Part shown: positions 35,258-46,469 of the stretch, piece by piece
Layout: each line of letters begins with the position of its first letter
Position numbering within the stretch: the first letter of the stretch is position 1
DNA from: an uncultured Actinomycetes bacterium
GTDB taxonomy: Bacteria > Actinomycetota > Thermoleophilia > Gaiellales > Gaiellaceae
DNA: 64,000 nt
Assembly: GCA_963733215.1 (NCBI GenBank)
Contig: CAVTCN010000023.1
Location: forward strand, 2,935 to 66,934
Reading direction: 5' to 3'
Translations under genes and position numbers: made by a program
The notes under the pieces: model-generated
The model's input: the letters and a program-made list of their open reading frames with translations, nothing else
Databases searched by the model: none
What the model was told of the DNA's origin: nothing

Positions 35258-36037
35258 CTACATCCCCATCGAGTGGTATCCGCTGTCCACGTACAGCGTC
35301 GTCGCGGTGACGTTGTCGGCCTCGTCCGACAACAGGTAGGCGGCCGCGGCGCCGACATCGTCGGAGTCGATCGGACGGTGGAGCGGTGAGCGCTCCTCGA
35401 CGATCGACTCCATGGTCGGGAAGCCCGCGATCGAGCGGGCGGCCAGCGTCCGGACCGGCCCCGCGGAGATCGCGTTGACGCGAATGTTCTTCTGGCCGAG
35501 ATCCCACGCCAGGTACTGGACGGACGAGTCCAGCGCGGACTTGGCGACGCCCATGACGTTGTAGTGGGGCACCGCTCGCTGCCCGCCGAGGTAGGTCATG
35601 GTCAGGATCGAGCCGCCGCCCGTCGCCTCCATCAGCGGCTCCGCCGCCCGGGCGAGGGCGACGAGCGAGTAGGCGCTGACGTCGAGCGCCATCCAGAACC
35701 GGTCGCGCGGCGTGTCCGTGAAGCGCCCCTCGAGATCCTCTGCAGCCGCGAAGGCCACCGAGTGCACCAGCAGGTCGAGCCCGCCGTCGAAGGCCTCCCC
35801 CACCTCGCGCACAACGCGCTCGACGTCCTCGTCGGCCCGGACGTCGCACGAGGTGATGAGCGGGCTCGAGACCGATTCGGCGAGCTCTCTGACGCTTTTC
35901 TCGATCCGCTCGCCCTGGTAGGTGAAGGCGAGCTGGGCGCCCTCGTCGGCCAGCCGCCGCCCGATCGCCCACGCGATCGAGCGCTTGTTCGCAACGCCCG
36001 TCACGAGCCCGCGCTTGCCCTCGAACCTCCCGGCCAC
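35258..36037 (-). CDS. fabI: enoyl-[acyl-carrier-protein] reductase (NADH)
   Basis: GKRGLVTGVANKRSIAWAI...LVHSVAFA...Y.GG.RAVP.YNVMGVAKSALDSSVQYLAWDLG..NIRVNAISAGP.RTLAA is the FabI Y-x6-K type signature. Confidence 0.92.
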   Translation of the reverse strand: MAGRFEGKRGLVTGVANKRSIAWAIGRRLADEGAQLAFTYQGERIEKSVRELAESVSSPLITSCDVRADEDVERVVREVGEAFDGGLDLLVHSVAFAAAEDLEGRFTDTPRDRFWMALDVSAYSLVALARAAEPLMEATGGGSILTMTYLGGQRAVPHYNVMGVAKSALDSSVQYLAWDLGQKNIRVNAISAGPVRTLAARSIAGFPTMESIVEERSPLHRPIDSDDVGAAAAYLLSDEADNVTATTLYVDSGYHSMGM

Positions 36038-36053
36038 AAAACGATCCTAAGCT

Positions 36054-39000
36054 GTGGCTACCCTGTTGGTCTTGCGCCGCAAGCTCGTGCTCATCGTTCC
36101 CGTAGCGGCGCTTGCCCTTTCAGCGTCTGCATCGGCCGCACTCCGGCCCGTCGACCGCACCTTCGGCGACGTCACCGTGCCGAGGGTCACGCAGGGGACT
36201 CTGCGGGTGCCGGAGGCGCAGCGCTCCGGACGCGTCACCGTGATCGCGACGCTGAGGCTGCCGCCGCTCGCAGCCGCGCGCGGGCCAGGGCTCTTCGCAA
36301 CGCTGGGCCCGAGCCGCCTCGACACCGCGAGCTCATCGTCCCGGGCCTACCTTGCGCGCATCCAGACGGAACAGGCGGCGGCCGCCCGCGCGATCCGCAC
36401 CGCCGTTCCCGGCGCGCGACTGGGCTACCGCTTCCAGGTCGTCCTCAACGGGCTCACGGTGCAGCTGCCCGTGCAGAGCCTTCCCCGCCTCCACGCCCTG
36501 GTCGGCGTTGCGCGCGTCTACCCGAGCGTCCGCCACTACCTGAAGACGAACCGCAGCCCCGGTGTCATCGGCGCGACTCCCTTCACCGCGGCGACCGGTG
36601 CGACAGGCGCCGGCGTCAAGGTCGGCGTGGTCGACGACGGCATCGACCAGACCAACCCGTCGTTCAACGCCAGCGGCTTCAGCTACCCGGCCGGCTTCCC
36701 CAAGGGCCAGACCGCGTTCACGACGCCGAAGGTGATCGTGGCGCGCAGCTTCCTCGCGGCCGGCGCCACCGCTCGAAGCCGGCTCCCGGTCGATCCCCGA
36801 GCCTCCTTCCACGGGACGCACGTCGCGGGAATCGCGGCGGGACGCGCGGGCGTCGGATCGCCGGGCGGCCGCGACCACCCGCCGACGACGGGGCTGAGCG
36901 GCGTGGCGCCGAACGCGTGGATCGGCAACTACCGCGTCTTCAACGTCCCGACCCCGGCCGGAAACATCTCGACGACGGGTCAGACGGTCGCCGCCTTCGA
37001 GCAGGCCGTCAAGGACGGAATGGACGTCATCAACTACTCGGGCGGCTCGCCGGCCATCGATCCTCGCACCGACGCGATGATCGAGACGGTCGCGAACGTC
37101 ACGCGCGCCGGCGTGGTCGTGGTGGCCTCGGCCGGGAACGACCGCGACGACTTCGGCTTCGGCTCGACCGGCTCGCCGTCGACGGCCCCCGAGGCGATCG
37201 GGGTCGCGGCGACCTCCAACACGCACGTCTTCGCGCCGGCCCTGGCCGTGAACGTCCCGTCTGCGCCCGCGTCGGTGCGGCGGATCCCCTTCAAGCCGGA
37301 TGCGCTCGGCGCCCCCTCGGCCTGGGGGCAGTCCGACCGCTCGCTCGTGGACGTCACCTCGATCACGGGGACGAACGGGCAGCCGGTCCCGACCCAGCTG
37401 TGTGGGATCGGCCGCGACCCGAACGCGGGCACGAACCCACTTCCGCGCGGCACGCTGGCCGGCTCTTTCGCGCTGATCACCCGCGGGCACTGCACGTTCT
37501 TCTCCAAAGCGGTTCGCGCGGCGGCTGCGGGCGCGGCCGGGCTGGTCATCATCGACAACCGCTTCGGCGAGGCGAACCCGATCCCGCTGGTGTTGCCGGT
37601 GCGCTCCGGGATGATCTCGGATCTCGACGGCTCCAGCCTCCGCGCCTATCTCGGAACGCGCGGAGGCCGCGCACCGATCCGGGTCGGTCCCGGCGTGACC
37701 GAGATCGAGACCGGCCGCAGCGCCATGATCACGAGCTTCTCCGCGGGAGGCCCCACCGCCTTCGGCCACCAGCTGAAGCCCGACGTCGCCGCTCCGGGCG
37801 GGGAGATCCTCGCCGCGACGCTTCGCCAGTTCACCGGCGGCTCGCCCTTCGCGAACTTCGACGGGACGAGCATGTCGGCCCCCCACGTCACTGGCGCAGT
37901 CGCGCTCCTGACCCAGCGCCACCCGGACTGGTCGGTGCGCCAGATGAAGTCCGCGCTGATGTCTACCGCGGGCGCGGCCTGGGGGAACAGTGCACGCACG
38001 CAGGAGGCGTCGGTGCTGCTCGAGGGCGCCGGGCTCGTGAACGTCCAGGCCGCCGACAGCCCGCTGATCTTCACCGAGCCGGGCTCACTGTCCTTCGGCG
38101 ACATGAACCTGCTCGCCGGCGTCACCTCCAAGCAGCTGCTCCTGTCCGTCCGGGACGCGGGCGGCGGAGCCGGGACGTGGACGGTGCAGCTCCAGCCGCA
38201 GTCCGCCAGCGCGGGCGCGACGCTCCAGCTTCCGTCCACCGTGACGGTCGCGCCGGGAGGCTCGGTCGACGTCCAGGTCACCGCGCGCGCCGACGCCGCA
38301 GCACCCAAGGGCGACAACTACGGCTTCGTCGTGCTCCGCCGTGGCGCGACGACGCGCCGCGTTCCCTATGCCTTCTTCGTCACGCGCCCGGGCCTGCACG
38401 GCGTCACCGCCCGCCAGCTCAAGCGGGTGCAGGAGGGCAGCACGAGGACCGGCCGGTCCTTCGCCGACCTCTACCGCTTCCCCGCGGCGCCGTTCGGCCA
38501 CTCGCCCGACTACGGGATCGGGCCGGACATGCGCGAGGACGGCGCGGAGCGGCTGTACTCGATCCGCGTTCGCAACCGGGTCGTGAACATCGGCGCCGCC
38601 GTGATCTCCTCGTCGCCGGGAGCCGCGATCGACCCCTTCTTCCTCGGCGCGAAGGATGAGAACGCGGTCCAGGGCTACGTCGGCACGCCGACGAACATCA
38701 ACGGCCTGACGATCGGCTACCGGCTCCCCGTGGGCGCCGCCGGCGCCGTGTTCGCGCCGCCCGGCACGTACTACGTCTCGGTGGATTCCGGCCGGAACGA
38801 GTTCACGGATGCGCGCCTGGCCGGCACCTACCGGCTCCGGTCCTGGGTGAACGACATGAATCCGCCGCTCATCCGCCTCCTGACGACGCGGGTGAGCGCG
38901 GGCCGGCCGACGATCGCGATCCAGACGCTCGACCGCGGGGCCGGCGTCGATCCGTTCTCCCTGGTGCTGAGCTACGGCCGCGTGCTCGTCGGCGCCGCGG

Positions 39001-39461
39001 CGTACGACCCGTTCTCCGGCATCGCGCTCTTCCCCCTCCCGACCGAGGCGCCGAGCATGCGCGCCGGCCGGCTGCGCGCGACGTTCCAGTCCGCCGACTA
39101 CCAGGAGGCGAAGAACGCGGACGTCTTCGGCCGCGACCTGATGCCGAACACCCGGGTCCGGGAGACGCGAATGCGCGTCGTCTCCGGACCCACGCTCACT
39201 TGGCTGACGCCGCTCGCCCGGACCTGCGTGAGCCGCACGGTGCCGCTGCTCGTCGTCGCCGGCCCGGCCGGCACCGCCCGCACGGCGCGCTTCTTCGACG
39301 GGAACCGGCAGATCCGCCTGCTGCGGCGGAACGTCGCCGGTCTCTACGCGACGACGTGGCGGAGCCGCGGAGCGAAGCGCGGCCTGCACACGCTTCGCGC
39401 GGTCGTGCAGATCGGCGGCAAGCGCGTCGAGGCGACGCGCGTCGTCCGCGTTTGTCGGTAG
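36054..39461 (+). CDS. large secreted S8 (subtilisin-family) serine protease with PA-domain insert and C-terminal beta-rich domains
   Basis: Signal-like N-terminus. Catalytic D (VGVVDDGID), H (HGTHVAGIAAG) and S (DGTSMSAPHVTGAVALL). A PA-like insert lies between H and S (LAGSFALITRGHCTFFSKAVRAAAAGAAGLVIIDN). The exact start (GTG 36054 or nearby TTG) is uncertain because it is only 16 nt from the divergent fabI start. Confidence 0.9.
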   Translation: MATLLVLRRKLVLIVPVAALALSASASAALRPVDRTFGDVTVPRVTQGTLRVPEAQRSGRVTVIATLRLPPLAAARGPGLFATLGPSRLDTASSSSRAYLARIQTEQAAAARAIRTAVPGARLGYRFQVVLNGLTVQLPVQSLPRLHALVGVARVYPSVRHYLKTNRSPGVIGATPFTAATGATGAGVKVGVVDDGIDQTNPSFNASGFSYPAGFPKGQTAFTTPKVIVARSFLAAGATARSRLPVDPRASFHGTHVAGIAAGRAGVGSPGGRDHPPTTGLSGVAPNAWIGNYRVFNVPTPAGNISTTGQTVAAFEQAVKDGMDVINYSGGSPAIDPRTDAMIETVANVTRAGVVVVASAGNDRDDFGFGSTGSPSTAPEAIGVAATSNTHVFAPALAVNVPSAPASVRRIPFKPDALGAPSAWGQSDRSLVDVTSITGTNGQPVPTQLCGIGRDPNAGTNPLPRGTLAGSFALITRGHCTFFSKAVRAAAAGAAGLVIIDNRFGEANPIPLVLPVRSGMISDLDGSSLRAYLGTRGGRAPIRVGPGVTEIETGRSAMITSFSAGGPTAFGHQLKPDVAAPGGEILAATLRQFTGGSPFANFDGTSMSAPHVTGAVALLTQRHPDWSVRQMKSALMSTAGAAWGNSARTQEASVLLEGAGLVNVQAADSPLIFTEPGSLSFGDMNLLAGVTSKQLLLSVRDAGGGAGTWTVQLQPQSASAGATLQLPSTVTVAPGGSVDVQVTARADAAAPKGDNYGFVVLRRGATTRRVPYAFFVTRPGLHGVTARQLKRVQEGSTRTGRSFADLYRFPAAPFGHSPDYGIGPDMREDGAERLYSIRVRNRVVNIGAAVISSSPGAAIDPFFLGAKDENAVQGYVGTPTNINGLTIGYRLPVGAAGAVFAPPGTYYVSVDSGRNEFTDARLAGTYRLRSWVNDMNPPLIRLLTTRVSAGRPTIAIQTLDRGAGVDPFSLVLSYGRVLVGAAAYDPFSGIALFPLPTEAPSMRAGRLRATFQSADYQEAKNADVFGRDLMPNTRVRETRMRVVSGPTLTWLTPLARTCVSRTVPLLVVAGPAGTARTARFFDGNRQIRLLRRNVAGLYATTWRSRGAKRGLHTLRAVVQIGGKRVEATRVVRVCR

Positions 39462-40195
39462 CGGTCGTCACCGGCGGCAGCTCGGGGATCGGCGCCGCGG
39501 TCGCGAGGCTGCTTGCGAAGAAGGGCTGGCACTGCGTCCTCGTCGCGCGCAACGAGGAGCGGCTGGCCGCGGTGGCAGACGAGATCGGGGGCGAATACGA
39601 GGTCTGCGACGTGGGCGACCGAGAGGCTGTCGACCGTATGGCGGCTGAGGTCCGCGTGCGGCATCCCGCGATCAAGCTGCTCGTCAACAACGCCGGGATC
39701 TCCAGCCGGCGGAAGGGCTTCGTCGACACGGACCCGGAGTGGGTCGAGCAGCTCCTCCGGATCAACCTGCTCGGCGCAGTCTGGTGCCTCCGCGCGTTTC
39801 TGCCGGCGCTGGAGGCAGCCAAGCCCGCGCATGTCGTCAACGTGGCGTCGGTCGCAGGCACGGTCGCCCTCCCGCCCGGGCTCTACTCGGCGTCGAAGCA
39901 CGCGCTCGTGGCCTTCTCCCGCTCACTGGCCGCGTCGTTGCCCGCGCAGGGCATCCACGTCCACACGGTCAATCCCGGCTTCGTCGAGACGCCGGGCTTC
40001 CCGCAACGAGGCAGGCTTGGCAGCCGTCTCCTCGAGCGGACGATCGTGAGCCCGGAGTACGCGGCCCGCCGGATCGTCTCTGCGGTCGAGCGCAATCGGC
40101 CCGAGATCTTCGTCCCCGGCTGGTACCGGGTGCCGGCCGTCGCCCAGGCGCTCGCGCCGGGCCTGATCAGCCGCCTGCTGGCGCGCCGCCGGTAA
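39452..40195 (+). CDS. short-chain dehydrogenase/reductase (SDR)
   Basis: VVTGGSSGIGAAVARLLA, NNAG, and the S...YSASKHA catalytic triad region. Start at TTG 39452, overlapping the protease stop by 10 nt. Confidence 0.85.
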   Translation: MSVAVVTGGSSGIGAAVARLLAKKGWHCVLVARNEERLAAVADEIGGEYEVCDVGDREAVDRMAAEVRVRHPAIKLLVNNAGISSRRKGFVDTDPEWVEQLLRINLLGAVWCLRAFLPALEAAKPAHVVNVASVAGTVALPPGLYSASKHALVAFSRSLAASLPAQGIHVHTVNPGFVETPGFPQRGRLGSRLLERTIVSPEYAARRIVSAVERNRPEIFVPGWYRVPAVAQALAPGLISRLLARRR

Positions 40196-40205
40196 GTTCC
40201 ATTTC

Positions 40206-40508
40206 GTGACCGTCGAGTTCCTCTACTGGGAGGGTTGCCCGTCCCACGACGAGGCCCGCGAGCTGCTCGAGGCGGTCCTGCGCGAGCGCGGCCTCGAAGC
40301 CCAGGTGGAGATCCGACATGTCGCGACCCGCGAGGAAGCGGTCGAGTTGCGCTTCCCCGGCTCGCCGACCATCCGGATCGACGGCCGCGACGTGGATCCC
40401 GCAGGCGCCGTCCAGACGCCCGCGCTCAACTGCAGGATCTACCACCTGCCCGACGGCCGCGTCTCGCCGATCCCGTCCCGCGAACAGCTCGAGGAGGCCC
40501 TCGCATGA
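40206..40508 (+). CDS. small thioredoxin-fold protein (glutaredoxin/Thioredoxin_3-like) with single-Cys CPSH motif
   Basis: MTVEFLYWEGCPSHDEA...RFPGSPTIRIDGRDV is the layout of redox-active-disulfide-protein-2-like small proteins, but the second Cys is replaced by His. Confidence 0.55.
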   Translation: MTVEFLYWEGCPSHDEARELLEAVLRERGLEAQVEIRHVATREEAVELRFPGSPTIRIDGRDVDPAGAVQTPALNCRIYHLPDGRVSPIPSREQLEEALA

Positions 40509-41035
40509 GCCTGACCATCGCCACCGAGGCACCGTCGTTCGACCTTCCCGGCGTCGACGGCCGCAACCACTCGCTCGACGACTACGCAGACGCGCCGATC
40601 CTGGCGGTCGTCTGGTCGTGCAACCACTGCCCCTACGTGATCGCCTGGGAGGGTCGCATGAAGGCGCTCCAGGAGGAGTACGGCGACCGCGGCTTCCGTC
40701 TGGTCGCGATCAACTCCAACGACGCGGAGAACTACCCGGCGGACTCGTTCGACGCGATGAAGCAGCGCGCGCAGGAGCAGGGGTTCAACTTCGACTACCT
40801 GTGGGACGAGGATCAGTCCGTCGCGCAGCAGTACGGCCCCGAGCGGACGCCCGAGGTCTTCCTCTTCGACCGCAACCGACGCCTCGTCTACCACGGTGCG
40901 ATCGACGACAGCCGCGAGGAGGACGGCGTGAGCGAGCGCTACGTGCGCGACGCGATCGAGGCGCTGCTCGCCGACCAGGATCCGCCGCTCAGCGAGACGC
41001 CCCCGGTCGGCTGCTCGGTCAAGTGGAAGGACTAG
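40505..41035 (+). CDS. thioredoxin-family thiol-disulfide oxidoreductase (redoxin; CNHC active site)
   Basis: ATGA overlap with the previous gene. APSFDLPGVDGRNHSLDDY...ILAVVWSCNHCPYV...LVAINSND...PADSF..M...A.E.GF.F.YL.DE.Q.VA..YG...TPE.FLFD. Confidence 0.85.
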   Translation: MSLTIATEAPSFDLPGVDGRNHSLDDYADAPILAVVWSCNHCPYVIAWEGRMKALQEEYGDRGFRLVAINSNDAENYPADSFDAMKQRAQEQGFNFDYLWDEDQSVAQQYGPERTPEVFLFDRNRRLVYHGAIDDSREEDGVSERYVRDAIEALLADQDPPLSETPPVGCSVKWKD

Positions 41036-41119
41036 GCTCGGCCGGGAGACGATCCACGACGTCGTACTTTCGGTCCGTGCCCTTGTAGGTTCCAACACGC
41101 CGTCCTACCATGCGGTGCG

Positions 41120-42772
41120 ATGGTCAATGCTCGTCCACTTTTGGCGGCAACTGGCCTCGTCGCCGCTCTCCTCGCACCCGCACCGGCGTCCGCAGTCGAG
41201 CTCTCCTCTCGGCCTTCCTATCTCCCGCCGCCGGACGGAATGGGGGCCGCCGCCGACGCACAGCTGCTCGCCGCCGAGGGGCGGGAAGACCTGATCGTCG
41301 CGGTCGAGCGCGGGGCGCGCGCGAGCGCAGTCCTACGCGGTCACGGAGCCCGCGACCTCGGTCGAGGCTTCTGGCTCGTCCGGCGGGGAGAGACGGCCGC
41401 GGCGCTCCGGAAGCTGCGGGCGATCGGCGCACTTCGCTACGCACATCCGAACGGGCGCGCCGAACCGGCTCGAGGCCAGGCCGTCCAGGGCGACCCGTCC
41501 GACCCTGCGCCGTGGTGGATGCCGAGGATCGGGGCCGACCGCGTCGTGCAGCCGGGCGGGGGCTTCCCCATGACGATCATCGACGACGGGGTCGACACGA
41601 CGCATCCGGAGTTCGCTGCCAGGCCGATCACGTACCTGAACGGCAATGCGGCCGTCCCGCCCGCGGACTTCCACGGGACGATGGTCACGTCGTTGGCTGC
41701 GGCGCCGGTCAACAGCGTCGGCATGTCCGGCCTGTACCCGAACGCGAGCCTCCGCTCATTCGACTGGGGCGGCCGCACCTGTGTCGAGGCGCTGACGGGG
41801 ATCGACGCTGCGATCACCGCAGGGCCGAGCGTGATCAACATGAGCTGGGGCTTCAGGCCGCCGGGCGGCTGTCCGGCCCTCTACGAGCTCCTCATCCAGG
41901 CGTTCGGAACCGGGAGCCTGCCGGTGGCGGCCGCGGGGAACTCACGGGCGGAGGGGAGCCCCCCCAGCGGACCGGCGGTTTTCCCGCACGTGCTGACCGT
42001 CGGTGCAACCAACAGCTCGGACACAGTGGCCTCGTTCTCGAACCGCGACATCGGACTGGACCTCGTCGCGCCCGGCGAGGGCATCGTGCTCGCAACACCG
42101 GCCTTCTACAACGCCAGCGGCTACTCGGTCGAGTCAGGGACGAGCTTCTCCGCGCCGATCGTGAGCGCGGCGGCCGCCTGGGTCCGAACGACCCGCCCAC
42201 AGATGGACATCACGCAGTTCTTCGACCTGATGCGCTACAGCACCCGAGACGTCGCGCCGGCCGGTTGGGACCCCGACCACGGCTTCGGGATTCTCGACCT
42301 GCCGACGGCGCTGACGCGGCCGCTTCCCGCGATCGATCCCCTGGAACCCAACGACGACATCAACCAGGTCAAGGCACGCGGCCTTTTCCAGCAGGCGGCA
42401 CCGGCCCTGACTCGACCCGGCCGCGGCCGAGCCGCGCTAGGCGCGGGCCTTGACGTCACCGAGGATCCGATCGACGTCTACCGCGTCTTCGTTCCCGCGA
42501 AGCGCGTCGTCTACTTCACGGTCAGGCCGAACGCCAACGTCGACCTGGAGCTGTTCCGCCCGAACGCGCAGACGGTCTTCTACCGAAACCGCCGGAGCGC
42601 GCTTCGCGGCGCTCTGGTCGGCGGCAGCTACAAGCGAGGTCGGGCCGTGGAGCGCTTCTCGGTGGTGAACAGCGGGCGCCGCGGGGCGTACGTCTACGCC
42701 TGCGTCTACATGCCGCGGAGTCGAGACCTCGCGGCCGGCTACCGGCTCGGAATCGTCACGCGTCGGAAGTAG
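41120..42772 (+). CDS. secreted S8 serine protease with C-terminal pre-peptidase (PPC)-like domain
   Basis: Signal peptide LLAATGLVAALLAPAPASA. Catalytic D (MTIIDDGVD), H (FHGTMVTS) and S (SGTSFSAPIVSAAAAW). C-terminal EPNDD...DVYRV motif typical of PPC domains. Confidence 0.85.
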   Translation: MVNARPLLAATGLVAALLAPAPASAVELSSRPSYLPPPDGMGAAADAQLLAAEGREDLIVAVERGARASAVLRGHGARDLGRGFWLVRRGETAAALRKLRAIGALRYAHPNGRAEPARGQAVQGDPSDPAPWWMPRIGADRVVQPGGGFPMTIIDDGVDTTHPEFAARPITYLNGNAAVPPADFHGTMVTSLAAAPVNSVGMSGLYPNASLRSFDWGGRTCVEALTGIDAAITAGPSVINMSWGFRPPGGCPALYELLIQAFGTGSLPVAAAGNSRAEGSPPSGPAVFPHVLTVGATNSSDTVASFSNRDIGLDLVAPGEGIVLATPAFYNASGYSVESGTSFSAPIVSAAAAWVRTTRPQMDITQFFDLMRYSTRDVAPAGWDPDHGFGILDLPTALTRPLPAIDPLEPNDDINQVKARGLFQQAAPALTRPGRGRAALGAGLDVTEDPIDVYRVFVPAKRVVYFTVRPNANVDLELFRPNAQTVFYRNRRSALRGALVGGSYKRGRAVERFSVVNSGRRGAYVYACVYMPRSRDLAAGYRLGIVTRRK

Positions 42773-43790
42773 CGCCGCGGCCGCGGACGAGCTCGAGCGC
42801 CTCCTGGCGCGTCGAGATCGTGCCGGCGGCGCGCTCCTCGGCGATCCGCTCGAGCCACTCGCCGATCTGCGGCCCGGCGGGTAGTCCGAGCTCGTCTCCG
42901 CGGAGGAGTGGCTCGGCCGGGTCGCCCGCGCGCGACTCGGCGATCGCACGCTCGAGCGCCGCGTCGCCGCCGGCGAACCGTGCCGCCTCGTCCGCCCACG
43001 GCTCGGTGGCGCGGCGAAAGCGGTGAATCGCTCGCGGCGACAGGTCCGGAGGGAGCTCGGCGCGAAGCAGCTTGCCGGCGTAGCGTCGCAGCTCGTTCGA
43101 GACCGGCAGCTGGCCGAGGCGGTCGCCGAACACGGCGACGAGCCGCATGTCGGACGTGGTGTCCCCGAGAGTCCGGAGGCGCTCGAGCGAGCCGCCAAGC
43201 GGCGCGAGCAGCCCCAGCTCGTCCAGGCGCTCGAAGCCGCCGGTGCCAAGCCGGACGAGCTCCGCGAGGATCCGCTCGCCGGCCGGCTTCGTGACGAGCC
43301 CCGCGCTCGCCTGGACGAGCCGCTCGGTCTCGCTGTCGAGCTTGAAGCCGAGCTCGTCCTCGAGGCGGACCGCGCGCAGCAGGCGGAGCGGGTCGTCGCG
43401 GAAGATCCCCGACGCGACCGCGCGCAGCGTCTTGCGGTCGAGGTCGCCGAGGCCGCCGAACGGATCCAGCGGCTCGCCGCCCTCGAGCGGCCGCGCGATC
43501 GCGTTGATCGTGAAGTCGCGGGTGGCGAGGTCTTCGTGGATGCCGTTCGGCAGGGGCGTGAAGTCGACGGTGCGCTCGTCGGACAGCGCCACGCGCCAGG
43601 CTCCGTGGCGCTCCGAGAGGGGGAACGGTGCGCCTTCAGAGCGCCGCGCGTAGCGGCGGGCCGCGGCTTCCGGCTCACGGCAGGCGATGTCGAGGTCGAC
43701 CAGCGGCCGGCCGAGGAGTTCGTCCCGCACTGCGCCGCCGACGATCCAGGCCTCCTCCCCCTTCAGGATCTCCTGGGCGGCTTCAAGCAT
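42756..43790 (-). CDS. cca: CCA-adding enzyme / tRNA nucleotidyltransferase-poly(A) polymerase family
   Basis: AWIVGGAVRDELLGRP..DLDIA, RDFTINA, and DP.RLLRA.R. Start at ATG 43790 (MLEAAQEIL). None of the six tRNA genes in the window encodes CCA, which is consistent with a required CCA-adding enzyme. Confidence 0.85.
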   Translation of the reverse strand: MLEAAQEILKGEEAWIVGGAVRDELLGRPLVDLDIACREPEAAARRYARRSEGAPFPLSERHGAWRVALSDERTVDFTPLPNGIHEDLATRDFTINAIARPLEGGEPLDPFGGLGDLDRKTLRAVASGIFRDDPLRLLRAVRLEDELGFKLDSETERLVQASAGLVTKPAGERILAELVRLGTGGFERLDELGLLAPLGGSLERLRTLGDTTSDMRLVAVFGDRLGQLPVSNELRRYAGKLLRAELPPDLSPRAIHRFRRATEPWADEAARFAGGDAALERAIAESRAGDPAEPLLRGDELGLPAGPQIGEWLERIAEERAAGTISTRQEALELVRGRGATSDA

Positions 43791-44794
43791 CCAGCACTGT
43801 CCGTCTCGCGCGGCTGGGGCCGGACTCGATCCGCGAGACGACCTCGTAGTTGATCGTCTCCGCGACCCGCGCATGGTCCTCGGCGAGCACGCCGTCGCCG
43901 ATCAGCGTGACCGGTGTGTCGGCCGGGAGCTGTCGGTCGAGCCGGACGGCGATCGCGTCCATGGAGACCGTCCCGACCACGGAGCAACGGTTGCCGTCCA
44001 CGACGACCTCAGTTCCGGTCATGTCGCGACGGAACCCGTCCGCGTAGCCGACCGGCACGACGCCGATCCAGGTGTCCTCGTCCGCGACGAACCGGCGGCC
44101 GTAGCCCGCGCTCTCTCCCGCGCGCAGCCGCTTGACCTGTGCGAGGCGGCTCTCCCAGCGGAGGACCGGCTCGAGCCCGTCCTCGGACGGCTCACCGCCG
44201 AAGGGCGACAGGCCGTACAGCGCGATCCCGCACCGAGCGGCGTCGAGGCGCGATTCCGGGACCCGAAGAGCCGCGGCGCTGTTGGCCGCATGGCGGATCA
44301 GGTGCGAGTGATCCCTCGTCGCCTCTTCGAAGCGCTCGACCTGGGCGCGCGCGAAGTCCGGATCGCTGTCCGCGGTGGCGAGGTGCGTCATCAGGCCGAC
44401 GACGTCCGTCGTTGTATCCGGCAGTTCCGAGAGCCCCCACCGGCCCATGCCGGTGTCGAGCTTGAGGTGGGCCCGAACGCCCTCCGGCGCCGGCAGCTCC
44501 CACACGGCCAGTTCGAGGTCGGCTTCGCGCGCTAACGCGATCTCCCGGCCCGCCGAAGGGCCCATGACGAGGATTCGCACGCCGGCGAACTCGGCGCGAA
44601 GCTCCAGCCCCTCCGTGACCGTCGCGACGCACAGCGCAGTCGCGCCCTCGGCGAGCACCGCACCGGCGACGTCGACGGCGCCATGGCCGTAGCCGTCCGC
44701 CTTCACGACCGCCCAGAGCGCTGCGCCGTCGAGTATCTCCAGCAGCCGGCGTGCATTCCGCCGCACGGCTCCGAGGTCGATGGTGATCTCCGAC

Positions 44795-44802
<8 letters not shown>
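43783..44802 (-). CDS. alr: alanine racemase
   Basis: AVVKADGYGHG (PLP Lys), HLKLDTGMGR.G, H.ANSAA, ARCGIALYG, and GYG..F.......IGVVPVGYADG. 8-nt overlap with the cca start. Confidence 0.92.
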
Positions 44803-46094
<1,292 letters not shown>

Positions 46095-46102
<8 letters not shown>

Positions 46103-46469
46103 GTCGGTCGGCGACCACGCAGACCGCGCTCGCCAGTTCGCGCGAGTGCGACATCGAGAGGTCGATCGCCCCGGCCTCGACACGCTCGGCCCACTGCTCG
46201 ACGCGGCCGGAGAGCTTCACCGACGGCTTCGGCCTGCCCGCGATCTCGATGTCGCGCCAGGCGAAGAGCCGCGCGACGCCGAGGCCGAGCGCCTTCCCGA
46301 CGGCCTCCTTGCCTGCAAACCGGGCGGCGTAGTGCTGGGCCGGGTTCTTGCGCGCGTCGCAGTAGGCCTGCTCGGCCGCCGTGAAGCAGCGGTCGCGAAA
46401 GCCGGTGTATCGCTCCAGCGCCTCGCGGATCCGGCCGATCTCGATCATGTCGACGCCGACGCGGGTCAC
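46095..46469 (-). CDS. acpS: holo-[acyl-carrier-protein] synthase
   Basis: VGVDMIEIGRI......F..R.FT..E..YC........YAARFA.KEA..KALG...........IEI......P.V.L.G. GTGA overlap with the upstream HAD gene. Confidence 0.88.
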
